A stretch of DNA of 32,000 bases from Candidatus Hermodarchaeota archaeon (lineage in GTDB: Archaea > Asgardarchaeota > Heimdallarchaeia > Hodarchaeales > Hodarchaeaceae): positions 170,259-202,258 of the forward strand of contig JBHLKY010000002.1 in NCBI GenBank assembly GCA_048886185.1, given 5' to 3'. The notes under the pieces are model-generated. The model had not been told where the DNA came from and made no database searches. It saw only the letters and a program-made list of their open reading frames with translations. Made by a program: the position numbers and the translations under genes. Below are positions 1 to 9,504 of the stretch, piece after piece (positions within the stretch are counted from its first letter, which is position 1; the number at the start of each line of letters is the position of its first letter).

Positions 1-1786
1 CGTCCGTTGATGAGACTCCAATAGCTTCTTCTAGCTTACCTGATAACCAAAAGCTGCCAGGTTTATAGAAATCTTCAGCACCATGAAGAATAAACTGTTC
101 TAGTTTAGTAGCTCGTGCATCTATCATTGTCTTTACTCTAAGCTCAGTTATTAGCTGATTAATTTTACTAAATACCTGTCTCTGTTTCAAAGATTTCGCC
201 TGAAATTCCAACGAGGCTTCATTTTGGCAGATAAGGCCCACTATTCGTGCCTCGTCGACAGAAAAAAGAACCTGAATATTTCTTCCTTCATGTTTTTGAT
301 GTTTATATAAGAATTCCATCGGATAAAAGCTTACTTCAAACTCTTGGTTCGTTTGTAGTAACATTAAGCGCAGTACATTTAATGAATGGTCAGTGATTAG
401 TTTCATATGATCCAATAGTTGTTTCGATTGATCTCTATTAATCATGGAGGATTTAATTCCTAATGTATCCATTCTTTTAGCGCTAATCTCTTTTGGGGTA
501 TCTATGATCATTTCTATTATATCTAGTTGGGTTTTATCTTGCTTGAGAAGGCCAATGGGGATCAATCCCTGCTCTCGAAGTTCATCTTTCAATTCCAGAA
601 AATTGTATTCTTCTTGTAAGTTATGAATATACATTTCCATCCAAGCTGACTTCATAAAATGCATATTTTTGTCAGTAGCTTCGCCCTGATCTTTCAAACG
701 ACTTGAAATCCCTCTAATGTCGATACACCGCTGTTTAGAGTATGATATGATCGATTGTAGATTCACATTTTGTTCTGAGAGTAATAAATAGTTCCAATTT
801 CCTAAAGAATTTGTGAATACGTTATCTGTTACATTTTCTTCAAAATTATGAATATAAAAAAATCTCTCCTCTGGTCTTTGGTTTGGAACTTTTATTTGAA
901 CACAGAATTTAGCAAAAAGGAATTGTTGGGGATTAGCAGTCTTATTTAATGTTTGAATCATATGAAGGGAATTTCTTAATTCCTGCTCTAATATCTCATT
1001 TTGTATCATTTGTTCATCATATGCAATTGTTGAATACAAATCCCTTGAATTTTTATCATAAAAGATAGAACAACTATGTTCATAGTGCCTTCGACCAATA
1101 TCACCAAAAGATTCTAGCTCTTTCATATCATCTTCAAATTTCAGTTTGAAGTATTCTTCCACAAACGGTTGAATGACAAAGAATCCAGCATCAAAATAAA
1201 TTTGAGGGTCCATTTTAGCAATGGGAAATTGTTTTTTAATATTTTCAAAAAATTCAGAAGCAAATTGTTTGTTTAGGGCACCAGCTAATTCTGCCATTGC
1301 CCACCGTAGATCTAAATTGGGAACAACTTTTTTTAAGAATGAAAAAAGTGGTACTGCGTAAATATCCACCAAATTGGTCATTATCACTTTTTGATCGACA
1401 AGTAATCGGGCATGAGTCACTAGATCTTTCTCTATCTTGACCCCCCAATCATAAAGAAGGGAGTATACGTGAATCAGCGACTCAAAGTTTATTGGTAAAT
1501 GCTCTCTTGCAAGTATAAGATTTTCAAGAACAACATTGACTCTCTCATCCTCATCACCTCTATCCCTTGCTTCTTTATTCCTCTTTAGCTTGTCCATCAC
1601 ATAATTGGCTAGATAGAACGCTGAAACTGCAGTATCAACGTCTGTTTGATATCTTGTTGCCAGATCCTGCAATAACTCATCGTACATTACTTTGTATGTG
1701 CCAAATATTTCAAGGACATTTCTCCTTCTCTCAAGAATTCCCTTGAGCTCATCAATTAAAGACATCCCGTACTCTACAGCCATCAT
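1..1786 (-). CDS. Large hypothetical protein, at least 595 aa, truncated by the left window edge (not in ORF track)
   Basis: Manual translation is stop-free from ATG 1786 (or 1783) to base 1: MMAVEYGMSLIDELKGILERRRNVLEIFGTY...FWLSGKLEEAIGVSSTD. A GGTGAT RBS-like motif lies immediately upstream (1787-1792). No family motif recognised. Confidence 0.85.
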   Translation of the reverse strand, partial: MMAVEYGMSLIDELKGILERRRNVLEIFGTYKVMYDELLQDLATRYQTDVDTAVSAFYLANYVMDKLKRNKEARDRGDEDERVNVVLENLILAREHLPINFESLIHVYSLLYDWGVKIEKDLVTHARLLVDQKVIMTNLVDIYAVPLFSFLKKVVPNLDLRWAMAELAGALNKQFASEFFENIKKQFPIAKMDPQIYFDAGFFVIQPFVEEYFKLKFEDDMKELESFGDIGRRHYEHSCSIFYDKNSRDLYSTIAYDEQMIQNEILEQELRNSLHMIQTLNKTANPQQFLFAKFCVQIKVPNQRPEERFFYIHNFEENVTDNVFTNSLGNWNYLLLSEQNVNLQSIISYSKQRCIDIRGISSRLKDQGEATDKNMHFMKSAWMEMYIHNLQEEYNFLELKDELREQGLIPIGLLKQDKTQLDIIEMIIDTPKEISAKRMDTLGIKSSMINRDQSKQLLDHMKLITDHSLNVLRLMLLQTNQEFEVSFYPMEFLYKHQKHEGRNIQVLFSVDEARIVGLICQNEASLEFQAKSLKQRQVFSKINQLITELRVKTMIDARATKLEQFILHGAEDFYKPGSFWLSGKLEEAIGVSSTD

Positions 1787-1904
1787 ATCACCAAAAATCT
1801 CAGGAATAGAAGATCAGAAGTTATTAGTCAATGTTAGTTAATATGTATTTACTAAACACTTCAAGACATAATTCTTAGCTTTTGTTATCAAAAATCTAAT
1901 AGAA

Positions 1905-4016
1905 TTACCTTAAGAGCCTAAGAGAGTTTAAAACAGTTAGAATTGTCACTCCCACATCGCCAAATACAGCAGCCCACATTGAAGCAACTCCCATGGCCCC
2001 TAAAAAGATGAAAAGGGCTTTAATTCCTATCGCCAGTGCAATGTTCTGTTTTGCCAGTCTGTTTGTCCTTCTCGAAATATCAATTGCGTCATTCAATTTT
2101 AAAGGGTTATCCTCCATGATAACTAAATCTGCTGCTTCAATGGTGGCATCTGAACCGATTCCACCCATAGCAACGCCTATATCTGCTCTAGCAATGACAG
2201 GTGCATCATTAATCCCATCTCCAACAAAAGCTACAACTCCCGCCTTAGGGTTCTTATAAATATAAGCTTCCAATATTTCTAACTTATTTAAAGGCAATAG
2301 ATTAGCATAGATTTCCGTTTGATCTATACCTATTTCCCTTCCAACTCTTTCTGCAACATTCTTAGAGTCACCAGTCAGTAACCCGATGTTTAAGATTTTT
2401 TGAGCCTTTAATTTCTTGATTGCTAGGAAGGATGTGTCTTTAATCTGATCATCGATGATTATGTGACCAATATATTCATCATTTTTAATGACATAAACAG
2501 CAGTTTCATCACGAATACATTCTGAATGGGGACAATTCACCTTATGAGCTAATTTGTCATTTCCTACAACAATTGAATCATTAGAAGTGGTTTTCATAAT
2601 AACTCCTAAGGCAGGGAGTTCCTCATATTCCTCGATCTGAGTCAAGTCCACTTGTCTTCCATAAGCTTCTTTGATAGAAATCGCAATTGGATGAGTGGAA
2701 TGAGCTTCAGCCAAAGCTGCATAAGTTAATATGTCATTGGGACTATAACCCTCAATAGGTACGATAGTTACGACCTTAAACTTACCTACAGTTAGCGTTC
2801 CTGTTTTATCCCATAGAACTGTCGATAAATTGTTCATTGAATCTATTACATTAGCGCCCTTAAGCAAAATCCCCTCTCGCGAACTCTTTCCGATTCCAGA
2901 AAAATAAACTAGGGGTATAGAAACAACTAAAGCACATGGACATGAAATGACTAGAATAACAAACGCTCGGTATACCCATACATCAAAAGCCTGACCGAAT
3001 AAAACAGGGGGAACTACTGCGATTAATAAAGCTATCAGTAAAACAAGTGGAGTGTAATAGCGAGCAAAACGGGTGATAAAAAGCTCTGTTTTTGATTTAT
3101 TTTTTGCAGCATTCTCAACCGCATTTAAAATTCTTGAAACTGTCGAGTCATAACAGGGGGATGTAACTTGAAGTTGGATACTGTTACTTGTGATGGAACC
3201 CGAAAGAACTTGATCATCCTCTTTTACAGCGACAGGACGTGATTCTCCTGTTAATGCTGACATATCTAAGTTTGAATTCCCTTTTATGATTTTTCCATCT
3301 AGCGGAATTCGTTCTCCTGGTTTTACTAAGATAATATCTCCTGGATTAACTTCAGCAATAGGAACGGTAGTGATTCCTTCTGTTTTAACTATATGAGCCT
3401 GATCGGGGCGTATATCTAATAAAGAACTAATCGATTGACGAGAATGATTCACAGCCTTTGTTTGTAGATATTCCCCGATTGTATAAAAAACCATAACAGC
3501 AACAGCTTCAGGGATCTCGTTTATTATTATAGCGCCAATTGTAGCAATAGACATTAAAACATATTCGTTTGTAAAGTCATGATTTTTTAACTGGAGAATG
3601 GCCTTCCTAAGTACGTTCCAACCAGCAATGAAGTATGCAATGAATAAAAAGAGATTTCCTACAAGTATCAAGACGATTGTCATTGAGGGATTTGTAAGCA
3701 CAAATCCTGAGGCAAGAAGTATTAAAGATAAAGAGATTTGAGCAAGAGGAACCCAATTTTTTGTTTGGATTCTTTGATCCATGTCTTCAATCACAGGAGT
3801 AGCAAGAATTCCTTTTTCAATTTTTGAAATGAGTTTGTTAATTTCATCTATGTGAGAATCACACTTTTTCTCGCCACAACTAAATGAAAGTTCTCTTGTA
3901 ACAAAATTTAATTGAACATTAGAAAAATCCTGATCTTTCAAAGAGTTTTCTATCTTAAGAGCGCAATTAGCACAACTTAGTCCTCTGATTGAAAATTTAT
4001 GGACTTCTTGACCCAC
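1905..4016 (-). CDS. cadA: Heavy-metal translocating P1B-2 ATPase (Zn/Cd/Pb; CadA/ZntA type)
   Basis: N-terminal HMA motif GLSCANC, TGES, transmembrane CPC, DKTGTLT phosphorylation site, STHP, TGDS, GDGINDAP, and C-terminal K and DVG residues typical of P1B-2. Confidence 0.95.
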   Translation of the reverse strand: MGQEVHKFSIRGLSCANCALKIENSLKDQDFSNVQLNFVTRELSFSCGEKKCDSHIDEINKLISKIEKGILATPVIEDMDQRIQTKNWVPLAQISLSLILLASGFVLTNPSMTIVLILVGNLFLFIAYFIAGWNVLRKAILQLKNHDFTNEYVLMSIATIGAIIINEIPEAVAVMVFYTIGEYLQTKAVNHSRQSISSLLDIRPDQAHIVKTEGITTVPIAEVNPGDIILVKPGERIPLDGKIIKGNSNLDMSALTGESRPVAVKEDDQVLSGSITSNSIQLQVTSPCYDSTVSRILNAVENAAKNKSKTELFITRFARYYTPLVLLIALLIAVVPPVLFGQAFDVWVYRAFVILVISCPCALVVSIPLVYFSGIGKSSREGILLKGANVIDSMNNLSTVLWDKTGTLTVGKFKVVTIVPIEGYSPNDILTYAALAEAHSTHPIAISIKEAYGRQVDLTQIEEYEELPALGVIMKTTSNDSIVVGNDKLAHKVNCPHSECIRDETAVYVIKNDEYIGHIIIDDQIKDTSFLAIKKLKAQKILNIGLLTGDSKNVAERVGREIGIDQTEIYANLLPLNKLEILEAYIYKNPKAGVVAFVGDGINDAPVIARADIGVAMGGIGSDATIEAADLVIMEDNPLKLNDAIDISRRTNRLAKQNIALAIGIKALFIFLGAMGVASMWAAVFGDVGVTILTVLNSLRLLR

Positions 4017-4029
4017 TTTGATGCTTCTC

Positions 4030-4386
4030 CTAGTTTCCAGGGTGTTCTTTGAGATGTTCTAATACATTCGCTAAAATTGGTTCTAAGTGCTCGATCTCGA
4101 GTGAATAGAAGTTTTCTTTTCCTTCTCGGCGATATTTAACAAAATTCCCCTCTCTAAGTTCTTTCAATTGATGAGAAACGGCTGAAGGAGTCATTTCCAA
4201 AATTTCGCTCAAGTCACAGACGCAAAGTTCAGTCTTCATTAAAGCTAATAGAATTTTGATTCTAGTTTCTCCAGAAATCAATTTGAAAAATTTTGTCAAC
4301 TTGTCTGGATTGGAATCATCTATCCTATTACGGGCAAGTTCTACTTTTTTAGGATGAATTTGAATCGTTTTACATGGTTCCGCCAT
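4030..4386 (-). CDS. ArsR/SmtB (CadC-like) metalloregulatory repressor
   Basis: ELCVCDL metal site, SAVSHQLKELR recognition helix, RREGK wing; directly upstream of and co-oriented with the P1B ATPase (13-nt gap). Confidence 0.93.
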   Translation of the reverse strand: MAEPCKTIQIHPKKVELARNRIDDSNPDKLTKFFKLISGETRIKILLALMKTELCVCDLSEILEMTPSAVSHQLKELREGNFVKYRREGKENFYSLEIEHLEPILANVLEHLKEHPGN

Positions 4387-4446
4387 GATTAACCTAACTC
4401 AAATGAATTATGGTTCATCTAGAGATATATTAACAATAGTTTATAA

Positions 4447-4474
4447 GAATATTTGAACAATTCCTCAAATGTTC
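4447..4474. promoter_or_regulatory. Putative ArsR/SmtB operator (imperfect inverted repeat)
   Basis: GAATATTTGA-acaattcc-TCAAATGTTC (9/10 arm match) next to a TTATAA box at 4441-4446 upstream of the ArsR gene; resembles the TGAA...TTCA SmtB/CadC boxes. Confidence 0.65.
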
Positions 4475-4510
4475 ATTGTTATAATAAGAATCTTTTTTCT
4501 TCAATTAGTC

Positions 4511-5107
4511 TCAAATCTCGTTCAGATCATTTTCTTTCAACGCCTGATGGATTGAAGTTTTAATCCCAGCTGTGATCTCTTCTTGCCAAGTTTTTAAAAG
4601 AGAAAATATAATTCCATGATGTTCCATTCGTTTCATTCCAACCTCGTGTTCTGCAATATTACGTGAGAAAGTTAAATCTGTTAATATTACAACCCTATAT
4701 CCATTAGCCTGAAGATCAATTGCAGTTTGGCCAATACATACATCGGTTTCAAATCCACAAAGTATAGCTACTGATCGTCGGGTATCTCTAATTGCTATTT
4801 GGATATCCTTCTGGCCCCAACAACTATAAACGAATTTATCGTAAATCTGAATAGTTACAGGCAGAAATCTTTTAAGTACTTCAGGTATGGATCCATTTTT
4901 CTCAATGTCTTCCGCAGTCACGATGAGAGGAATTTTCAATACAGAAGAAAGTTTAATCAAATGGTTATACTTACGTAAGAAAACTAATTGATTTTCATTA
5001 GTGAGACCCTGCATAAATTTTGATTGCACATCAATAATTATTATGAAACAATCATTAACGTTGATTAAACTTGATGAACGAGTGACAGGCTCTATTAAGT
5101 CAGGCAT
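4511..5107 (-). CDS. Isochorismatase-family (cysteine) hydrolase
   Basis: IIIDVQ (Asp), DKFVYSCW (Lys), CGFETDVCIGQTAIDL (Cys) catalytic triad pattern. Confidence 0.88.
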   Translation of the reverse strand: MPDLIEPVTRSSSLINVNDCFIIIIDVQSKFMQGLTNENQLVFLRKYNHLIKLSSVLKIPLIVTAEDIEKNGSIPEVLKRFLPVTIQIYDKFVYSCWGQKDIQIAIRDTRRSVAILCGFETDVCIGQTAIDLQANGYRVVILTDLTFSRNIAEHEVGMKRMEHHGIIFSLLKTWQEEITAGIKTSIHQALKENDLNEI

Positions 5108-5216
5108 TGTTATTCATTCATTTAATAAATCAATATAATTTTAAAAACTTTGAATTGATAAAGCTATTTGAAAATGAGAAATCATTTATTAATATCTAAT
5201 AAAGGAGTAGTGTGAT

Positions 5217-5348
5217 GTGATTCTTATTCAAACCTATCAAGAGCTCTATTATGCCTTGAAGGTACTTCAAATATTGAAAGATAGTGATGTACCTCTGTAC
5301 GAAAAACTTCATGAAAGTATAGCAAGTCAAATTGAAAAATTAGTTTGA
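5217..5348 (+). CDS. Putative 43-aa small protein (below ORF-track cutoff)
   Basis: AAGGAG about 10 nt upstream of GTG; MILIQTYQELYYALKVLQILKDSDVPLYEKLHESIASQIEKLV; fills an otherwise empty gap between two minus-strand genes. Confidence 0.5.
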   Translation: MILIQTYQELYYALKVLQILKDSDVPLYEKLHESIASQIEKLV

Positions 5349-5400
5349 TCTCTCTTCGTTTATGCAAGTATTAAGAACATTCATATGTTCAATACGCTAA

Positions 5401-6363
5401 TTATATGTTAAGCTCTTTTATAACAGCTTTCAACGCATGGGCAGACCTCTTTAACAACTTTTGTTCCTTTTCATCAAGGGTGATTTCTAGAACACGATGT
5501 ACACCATTTTTGTTGATTATAGAGGGTAAGCTGAGATAAACATCATTTAAACCAAGATAACCATCAACAAGACATGAAACTGGTAATATCGAATACTCAT
5601 CGTTAAGAATTGCTTCAGTTATTCTAACTAAAGCTAATCCTATCCCATAAGAAGTTTCCCCTTTCTTTTCGATTATTTTTTGTCCAGAATCGCGTACTTC
5701 TGTAATGATTCGTTGAAGAACCTCCTCACGATTACAGTCAAATCTGTTTATGCACGTAGGACAGTAATCTTTAAATAAAATACCACCAATCATCACTCTA
5801 CTCCAAACAGGAAACTCACTTTCCCCATGTTCACCTAGAATATAAGCATGAACATTACGAGTATCAACTTTACAGTGATTTGCTAAAAGGAATCGAAATC
5901 TAGCAGTATCTAGCACAGTTCCAGAGCTAATTACTTCATGAGCAGGTTTTTTAGATAATTTATAAGCAGCATAAGCAAGAATATCAACAGGATTAGTAAC
6001 AACCAAGAATATTGCTTCTGGTGCGTATTCAATAATTTTGGGAATTATTTCACGGTATAACTCAACATTATAGCCTATCAGGTCAAGACGCGTATCACCA
6101 GGTTTTCTCTTTCGACCAGCAGTAATTACGACAAGATCAGATCCTTTAATATCGGCATAATCTCCAGCCAGTATCTCAGTTGGAGAAATGTAAGGAGCAC
6201 TGTGCGATAAATCCATAACTTCCCCTTCAAGCCTAATTCTATCAATATCAACAAGGATTATTTGACGAACAATACCCTTGATCATCAAAGCATAGGCATA
6301 ACGAACTCCTACATTACCGGCGCCAATGATTGAAACCTTAGGCCTTAAAGAATTCAGTGACAT
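5401..6363 (-). CDS. ldh: L-lactate/malate dehydrogenase family protein (LDH-like scaffold, Arg at specificity position 102)
   Basis: GAGNVG Rossmann motif, TAGRKRKPGDTRLDL loop, TNPVD, SGTVLDTARFR, GEHGES, KGETSYGIG. Confidence 0.85.
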   Translation of the reverse strand: MSLNSLRPKVSIIGAGNVGVRYAYALMIKGIVRQIILVDIDRIRLEGEVMDLSHSAPYISPTEILAGDYADIKGSDLVVITAGRKRKPGDTRLDLIGYNVELYREIIPKIIEYAPEAIFLVVTNPVDILAYAAYKLSKKPAHEVISSGTVLDTARFRFLLANHCKVDTRNVHAYILGEHGESEFPVWSRVMIGGILFKDYCPTCINRFDCNREEVLQRIITEVRDSGQKIIEKKGETSYGIGLALVRITEAILNDEYSILPVSCLVDGYLGLNDVYLSLPSIINKNGVHRVLEITLDEKEQKLLKRSAHALKAVIKELNI

Positions 6364-6441
6364 TGATTTAACACCATAAAATAACTTCTTAAGATATTCT
6401 TTGATTATTTTTCTTTGAATTCTGAAGACTTTTTTTGAGAT

Positions 6442-6936
6442 TCAACTAATATCGTAAATAAATGGTGGTTTTATTCCTAACATTCGAAGATAAACACATA
6501 ATTGTCCACGATGGTGGATTGTTTCTTCCAGAATAGTCGCTAATGATTCATATCCTCCTATTTTCGCACCACCCCAACAATGATATGTGATTTTTTTCTC
6601 TAAATCCTCCTCAGTCAATTTCGGAAGATTCTCTTTTATGAACGACTTAACTTTTTCACCATATTCTACAATTTCAGAGGGAGATTTAATTTTCGTTGAA
6701 TCAAAGGGAATAATCGAATAATCTTCATCAAAAAACTCTCCTCTTAGTGTACCAGCCATATAAACCAAAGAACACATATAGATATGGATTCCTAATTCTG
6801 CTGCGCTCATTGTATTGTCAGCAGGTTTCCATTCGAGTTTGTCCTTAGGAATAAGAATGATAGCATTATCAAGGGTTTTCATTGCATGATTCATGGTATA
6901 ATGTAGGGCTCCTTTAACTGAATCTAATTTTGACAT
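6442..6936 (-). CDS. DinB-family protein
   Basis: N-terminal WKP...SAAELGIH and C-terminal TIHHRGQLCVYLRMLGIKPP DinB signature. Confidence 0.88.
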   Translation of the reverse strand: MSKLDSVKGALHYTMNHAMKTLDNAIILIPKDKLEWKPADNTMSAAELGIHIYMCSLVYMAGTLRGEFFDEDYSIIPFDSTKIKSPSEIVEYGEKVKSFIKENLPKLTEEDLEKKITYHCWGGAKIGGYESLATILEETIHHRGQLCVYLRMLGIKPPFIYDIS

Positions 6937-7095
6937 GTTAATTTCACACCTTCTTAATTGTTAATTTTGGGGATTTTTATGAGTACAAATAGTTTTTTTC
7001 TTTTGTTTTTCGAGGTGTTTCACAAGAAAATCAAAAATCTATATATTTTTATGGCGTCAATTTTCCGGCAAAACACAACATATGGAGAATTTAAA

Positions 7096-7566
7096 ATGGT
7101 TGAAATAGATCATGGATTTACAACTGATATGAAATACGCCGTTGCAGGTACTTTCACTGGTGGTCTTTCCAGTAAGGGTTATAGATTACTAAAAGATGAG
7201 TGGTATAATGTCAAAAATGTCTATCCGGTATGTTCTGACAAGAATGAAGTTGAAGGTGATCCAGCTTATTCATCATTATCAGAACTTCCCGAACCTGTTG
7301 ATGTTGTGATTGTAGTACATAAGAAAGAGAAAAGTACAGATGTTGTGCGAGAAGCTGCAACCTTAAATCCCAAACCAGCGATCTGGTTCATGCCCAGAAC
7401 AGAGTCAAAAGAGAGCATTGCTATCTGTGAAGAAAATGGCATGAAATATGGAATGTCGTGCATAATGGGGCATAGAGCGCTTCCAGGGATTAAGCGATTT
7501 TTTAATATTCACTTTTGGCATTCCAAAGTTGGTGGTATGAATCAAATCCCCAAACAGTCGGAATGA
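7096..7566 (+). CDS. CoA-binding domain protein (YccU/CoA_binding_2-like)
   Basis: VYPV...VEGDPAYSSLSELPEPVDVVIV...AIWF...SCI motifs. Start moved to ATG 7096 (GGAG at 7084-7087); the track's 6958 start runs through the divergent promoter. Confidence 0.82.
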   Translation: MVEIDHGFTTDMKYAVAGTFTGGLSSKGYRLLKDEWYNVKNVYPVCSDKNEVEGDPAYSSLSELPEPVDVVIVVHKKEKSTDVVREAATLNPKPAIWFMPRTESKESIAICEENGMKYGMSCIMGHRALPGIKRFFNIHFWHSKVGGMNQIPKQSE

Positions 7567-7590
7567 TATGTTCAACCAGGAGAACACCAT

Positions 7591-8025
7591 TTGAAGATAT
7601 TAATAATTTATTTTTCCCAGTCAGGGAACACCAAGAAGGTTGTAGGCATGGTTGAAGAACGCTTAAAATCATTTAACCATATCGTAATGATTAGAAATGC
7701 TCTCACCGCAACAACAGAACATGTTATGAGCAATGATTTGCTACTTATTGGTACACCGGTTCATGGATACATTTTATTTCGCCAAAAACCTGCAAAAGAG
7801 GTCAGGGAGTTTTTAAAACATCAATTACCTCATGATCTTAATGGTAAAGCAGTGATTGGATTTGCAACCTATTTATTCTTCCCTGCTGGGGCATTGAATC
7901 CAATAAAAGATGCAATCAAATCGAAAAATGGGAAAATTATCGGATTATTCGCCCAGAGGAGAACCAATAAAACAGAATTAGTAGAGGAAATCATAAAAAC
8001 AATAAATGAATCAATCACAGTCTAG
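7591..8025 (+). CDS. Flavodoxin-like protein
   Basis: ILIIYFSQSGNTKKV FMN phosphate loop, DLLLIGTPV; AGGAGA RBS before a TTG start. Confidence 0.85.
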   Translation: MKILIIYFSQSGNTKKVVGMVEERLKSFNHIVMIRNALTATTEHVMSNDLLLIGTPVHGYILFRQKPAKEVREFLKHQLPHDLNGKAVIGFATYLFFPAGALNPIKDAIKSKNGKIIGLFAQRRTNKTELVEEIIKTINESITV

Positions 8026-8151
8026 TCTATAAATATGAAGCTAATCTATCCAGTACTTAAATTAAAGAAAAATTAAAAAGACTTCTCAATTAAAGTGACA
8101 GTACATTAATTTTCTCTAGCTATTTTAAGAGATGAGGATCTGTAGAAGGGT

Positions 8152-9177
8152 ATGAAGAAAAACCACGACTTAAAAGAAGAAGAAAACATCTACTTAGTTA
8201 CTGGAGCTTGTGGTTTTGTAGGATCACATCTAGTTGATTCTCTTGTATCACAGGGTCATTATGTAAAAGCTACTGATTTGAAGAATGCCAATAGAATATA
8301 TCTCCCTTCTTCTGAGAATATTGAATTCATTCCCGCGGATCTAACCAAACCTCAAGATATCTCGCAAATATTGGATGGAGTGACTATAGTTTATCATCCA
8401 GCTGGAATATTTCGATTTGGAGCTCCTCCCAACTTATTGTATAAAGTGAATGTTGAAGGAACAAGGAATCTCTTATCAGCAGCTCTCTCTCAAAACATCT
8501 CTCACATCATTAATTGGAGTACAGCCATGGTTTATGGTACTTTAGAATATACTCCTGCTGACGAGAATCACCCTGTACATCCTGAAGATCCCTATTCTGA
8601 GTCTAAATGGGTTCAAGAACAAGTAGCACTATCCTTCTTCGAAGAGAATGAATTACCTGTAAGTGTTATTCGACCCACTGCAATATATGGCCCCAGATCA
8701 TTTTATGGGACTTCAAATGCATTATTAGCACTAGTCAAGGGGAAAATTTTCGGTATACCCGGAGATGGAAAAACAATTCAACACCATGTGCATGTGAATG
8801 ACGTTGTTAGAGCTGCCATCTTCCTATCAAGGGAAAATAAAGCAAAAGGAGAAGTATACAATATTGCTGATGAGGTTCCAATTTCAATCGAGGAATCTTT
8901 TAGAATAGTATCAGAGTTAATAAAGAAAAAACCTCCCAAATTCCATATCCCAAAAGAACTTATTTTTCTTTATGGCTATTTTGATCGCTTATATACCAAA
9001 ATTATAAGACGAGCAAGTCTATTTGAAAAAACATCCTTAAAATTAATTTTCTCTGATCATGTTTTTGATAATACCAAGTTAAAGAACCTTGGATTCCGAT
9101 ACTCAATCCCTGATTTTAGAAGAGGTATTGAAGCAACGCTTCTTTGGTATAAGCAACAAGGTTATGTTAAGTTCTAG
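8152..9177 (+). CDS. Extended SDR: NAD-dependent epimerase/dehydratase (3-beta-HSD/NSDHL-like)
   Basis: VTGACGFVGSHL, VNVEGTRN, WSTAMVYG, YSESK (YxxxK), IRPTAIYGPR, HVNDVVRA. Confidence 0.9.
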   Translation: MKKNHDLKEEENIYLVTGACGFVGSHLVDSLVSQGHYVKATDLKNANRIYLPSSENIEFIPADLTKPQDISQILDGVTIVYHPAGIFRFGAPPNLLYKVNVEGTRNLLSAALSQNISHIINWSTAMVYGTLEYTPADENHPVHPEDPYSESKWVQEQVALSFFEENELPVSVIRPTAIYGPRSFYGTSNALLALVKGKIFGIPGDGKTIQHHVHVNDVVRAAIFLSRENKAKGEVYNIADEVPISIEESFRIVSELIKKKPPKFHIPKELIFLYGYFDRLYTKIIRRASLFEKTSLKLIFSDHVFDNTKLKNLGFRYSIPDFRRGIEATLLWYKQQGYVKF

Positions 9178-9494
9178 GATTTCTTTACCCAAACGTAATT
9201 CAACCCAATGTACTCCCCCGAAATCAGTAATGTAGGTTCAAGACCAAAAAGAAGTGCTGAAAGAAGTGGGTTGAAATCATTTACTGTTAAGCCATAAAGG
9301 TTGAAAGGGATTATCATAAACTCTCTACTTCCTGAAAAAATACCAAACCATAATATCATTCCCACTACTTGGAACCCAAAAAGTAAAAGAAGTCCGATTA
9401 TCCAATTTGTTTTTTCTGAAATTCGATCATTTCTCAATAAATTACCAAACATAATTCCACAGAAGAAGAGGAATGGGAGGTCAAAAGCAAACAT
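9174..9494 (-). CDS. Small integral membrane protein (about 3 TM), function unknown
   Basis: Three hydrophobic segments; 10 nt downstream of the HAD gene on the same strand; its stop overlaps the convergent SDR stop (shared CTAG). Confidence 0.7.
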   Translation of the reverse strand: MFAFDLPFLFFCGIMFGNLLRNDRISEKTNWIIGLLLLFGFQVVGMILWFGIFSGSREFMIIPFNLYGLTVNDFNPLLSALLFGLEPTLLISGEYIGLNYVWVKKS

Positions 9495-9504
9495 CTCAGC
9501 ACCT

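Noticed and set aside
444-1448. Track ORFs 444-626 (+) and 1254-1448 (-)
   Set aside because: Shadow or alternate-frame ORFs inside the long 1-1786 minus-strand gene
6958-7095. N-terminal extensions in track ORFs (also 14072-14200, 19597-19674, 30418-30489)
   Set aside because: They run through AT-rich promoter DNA, lack homology-like character, and downstream ATGs fit RBS position or family N-termini better
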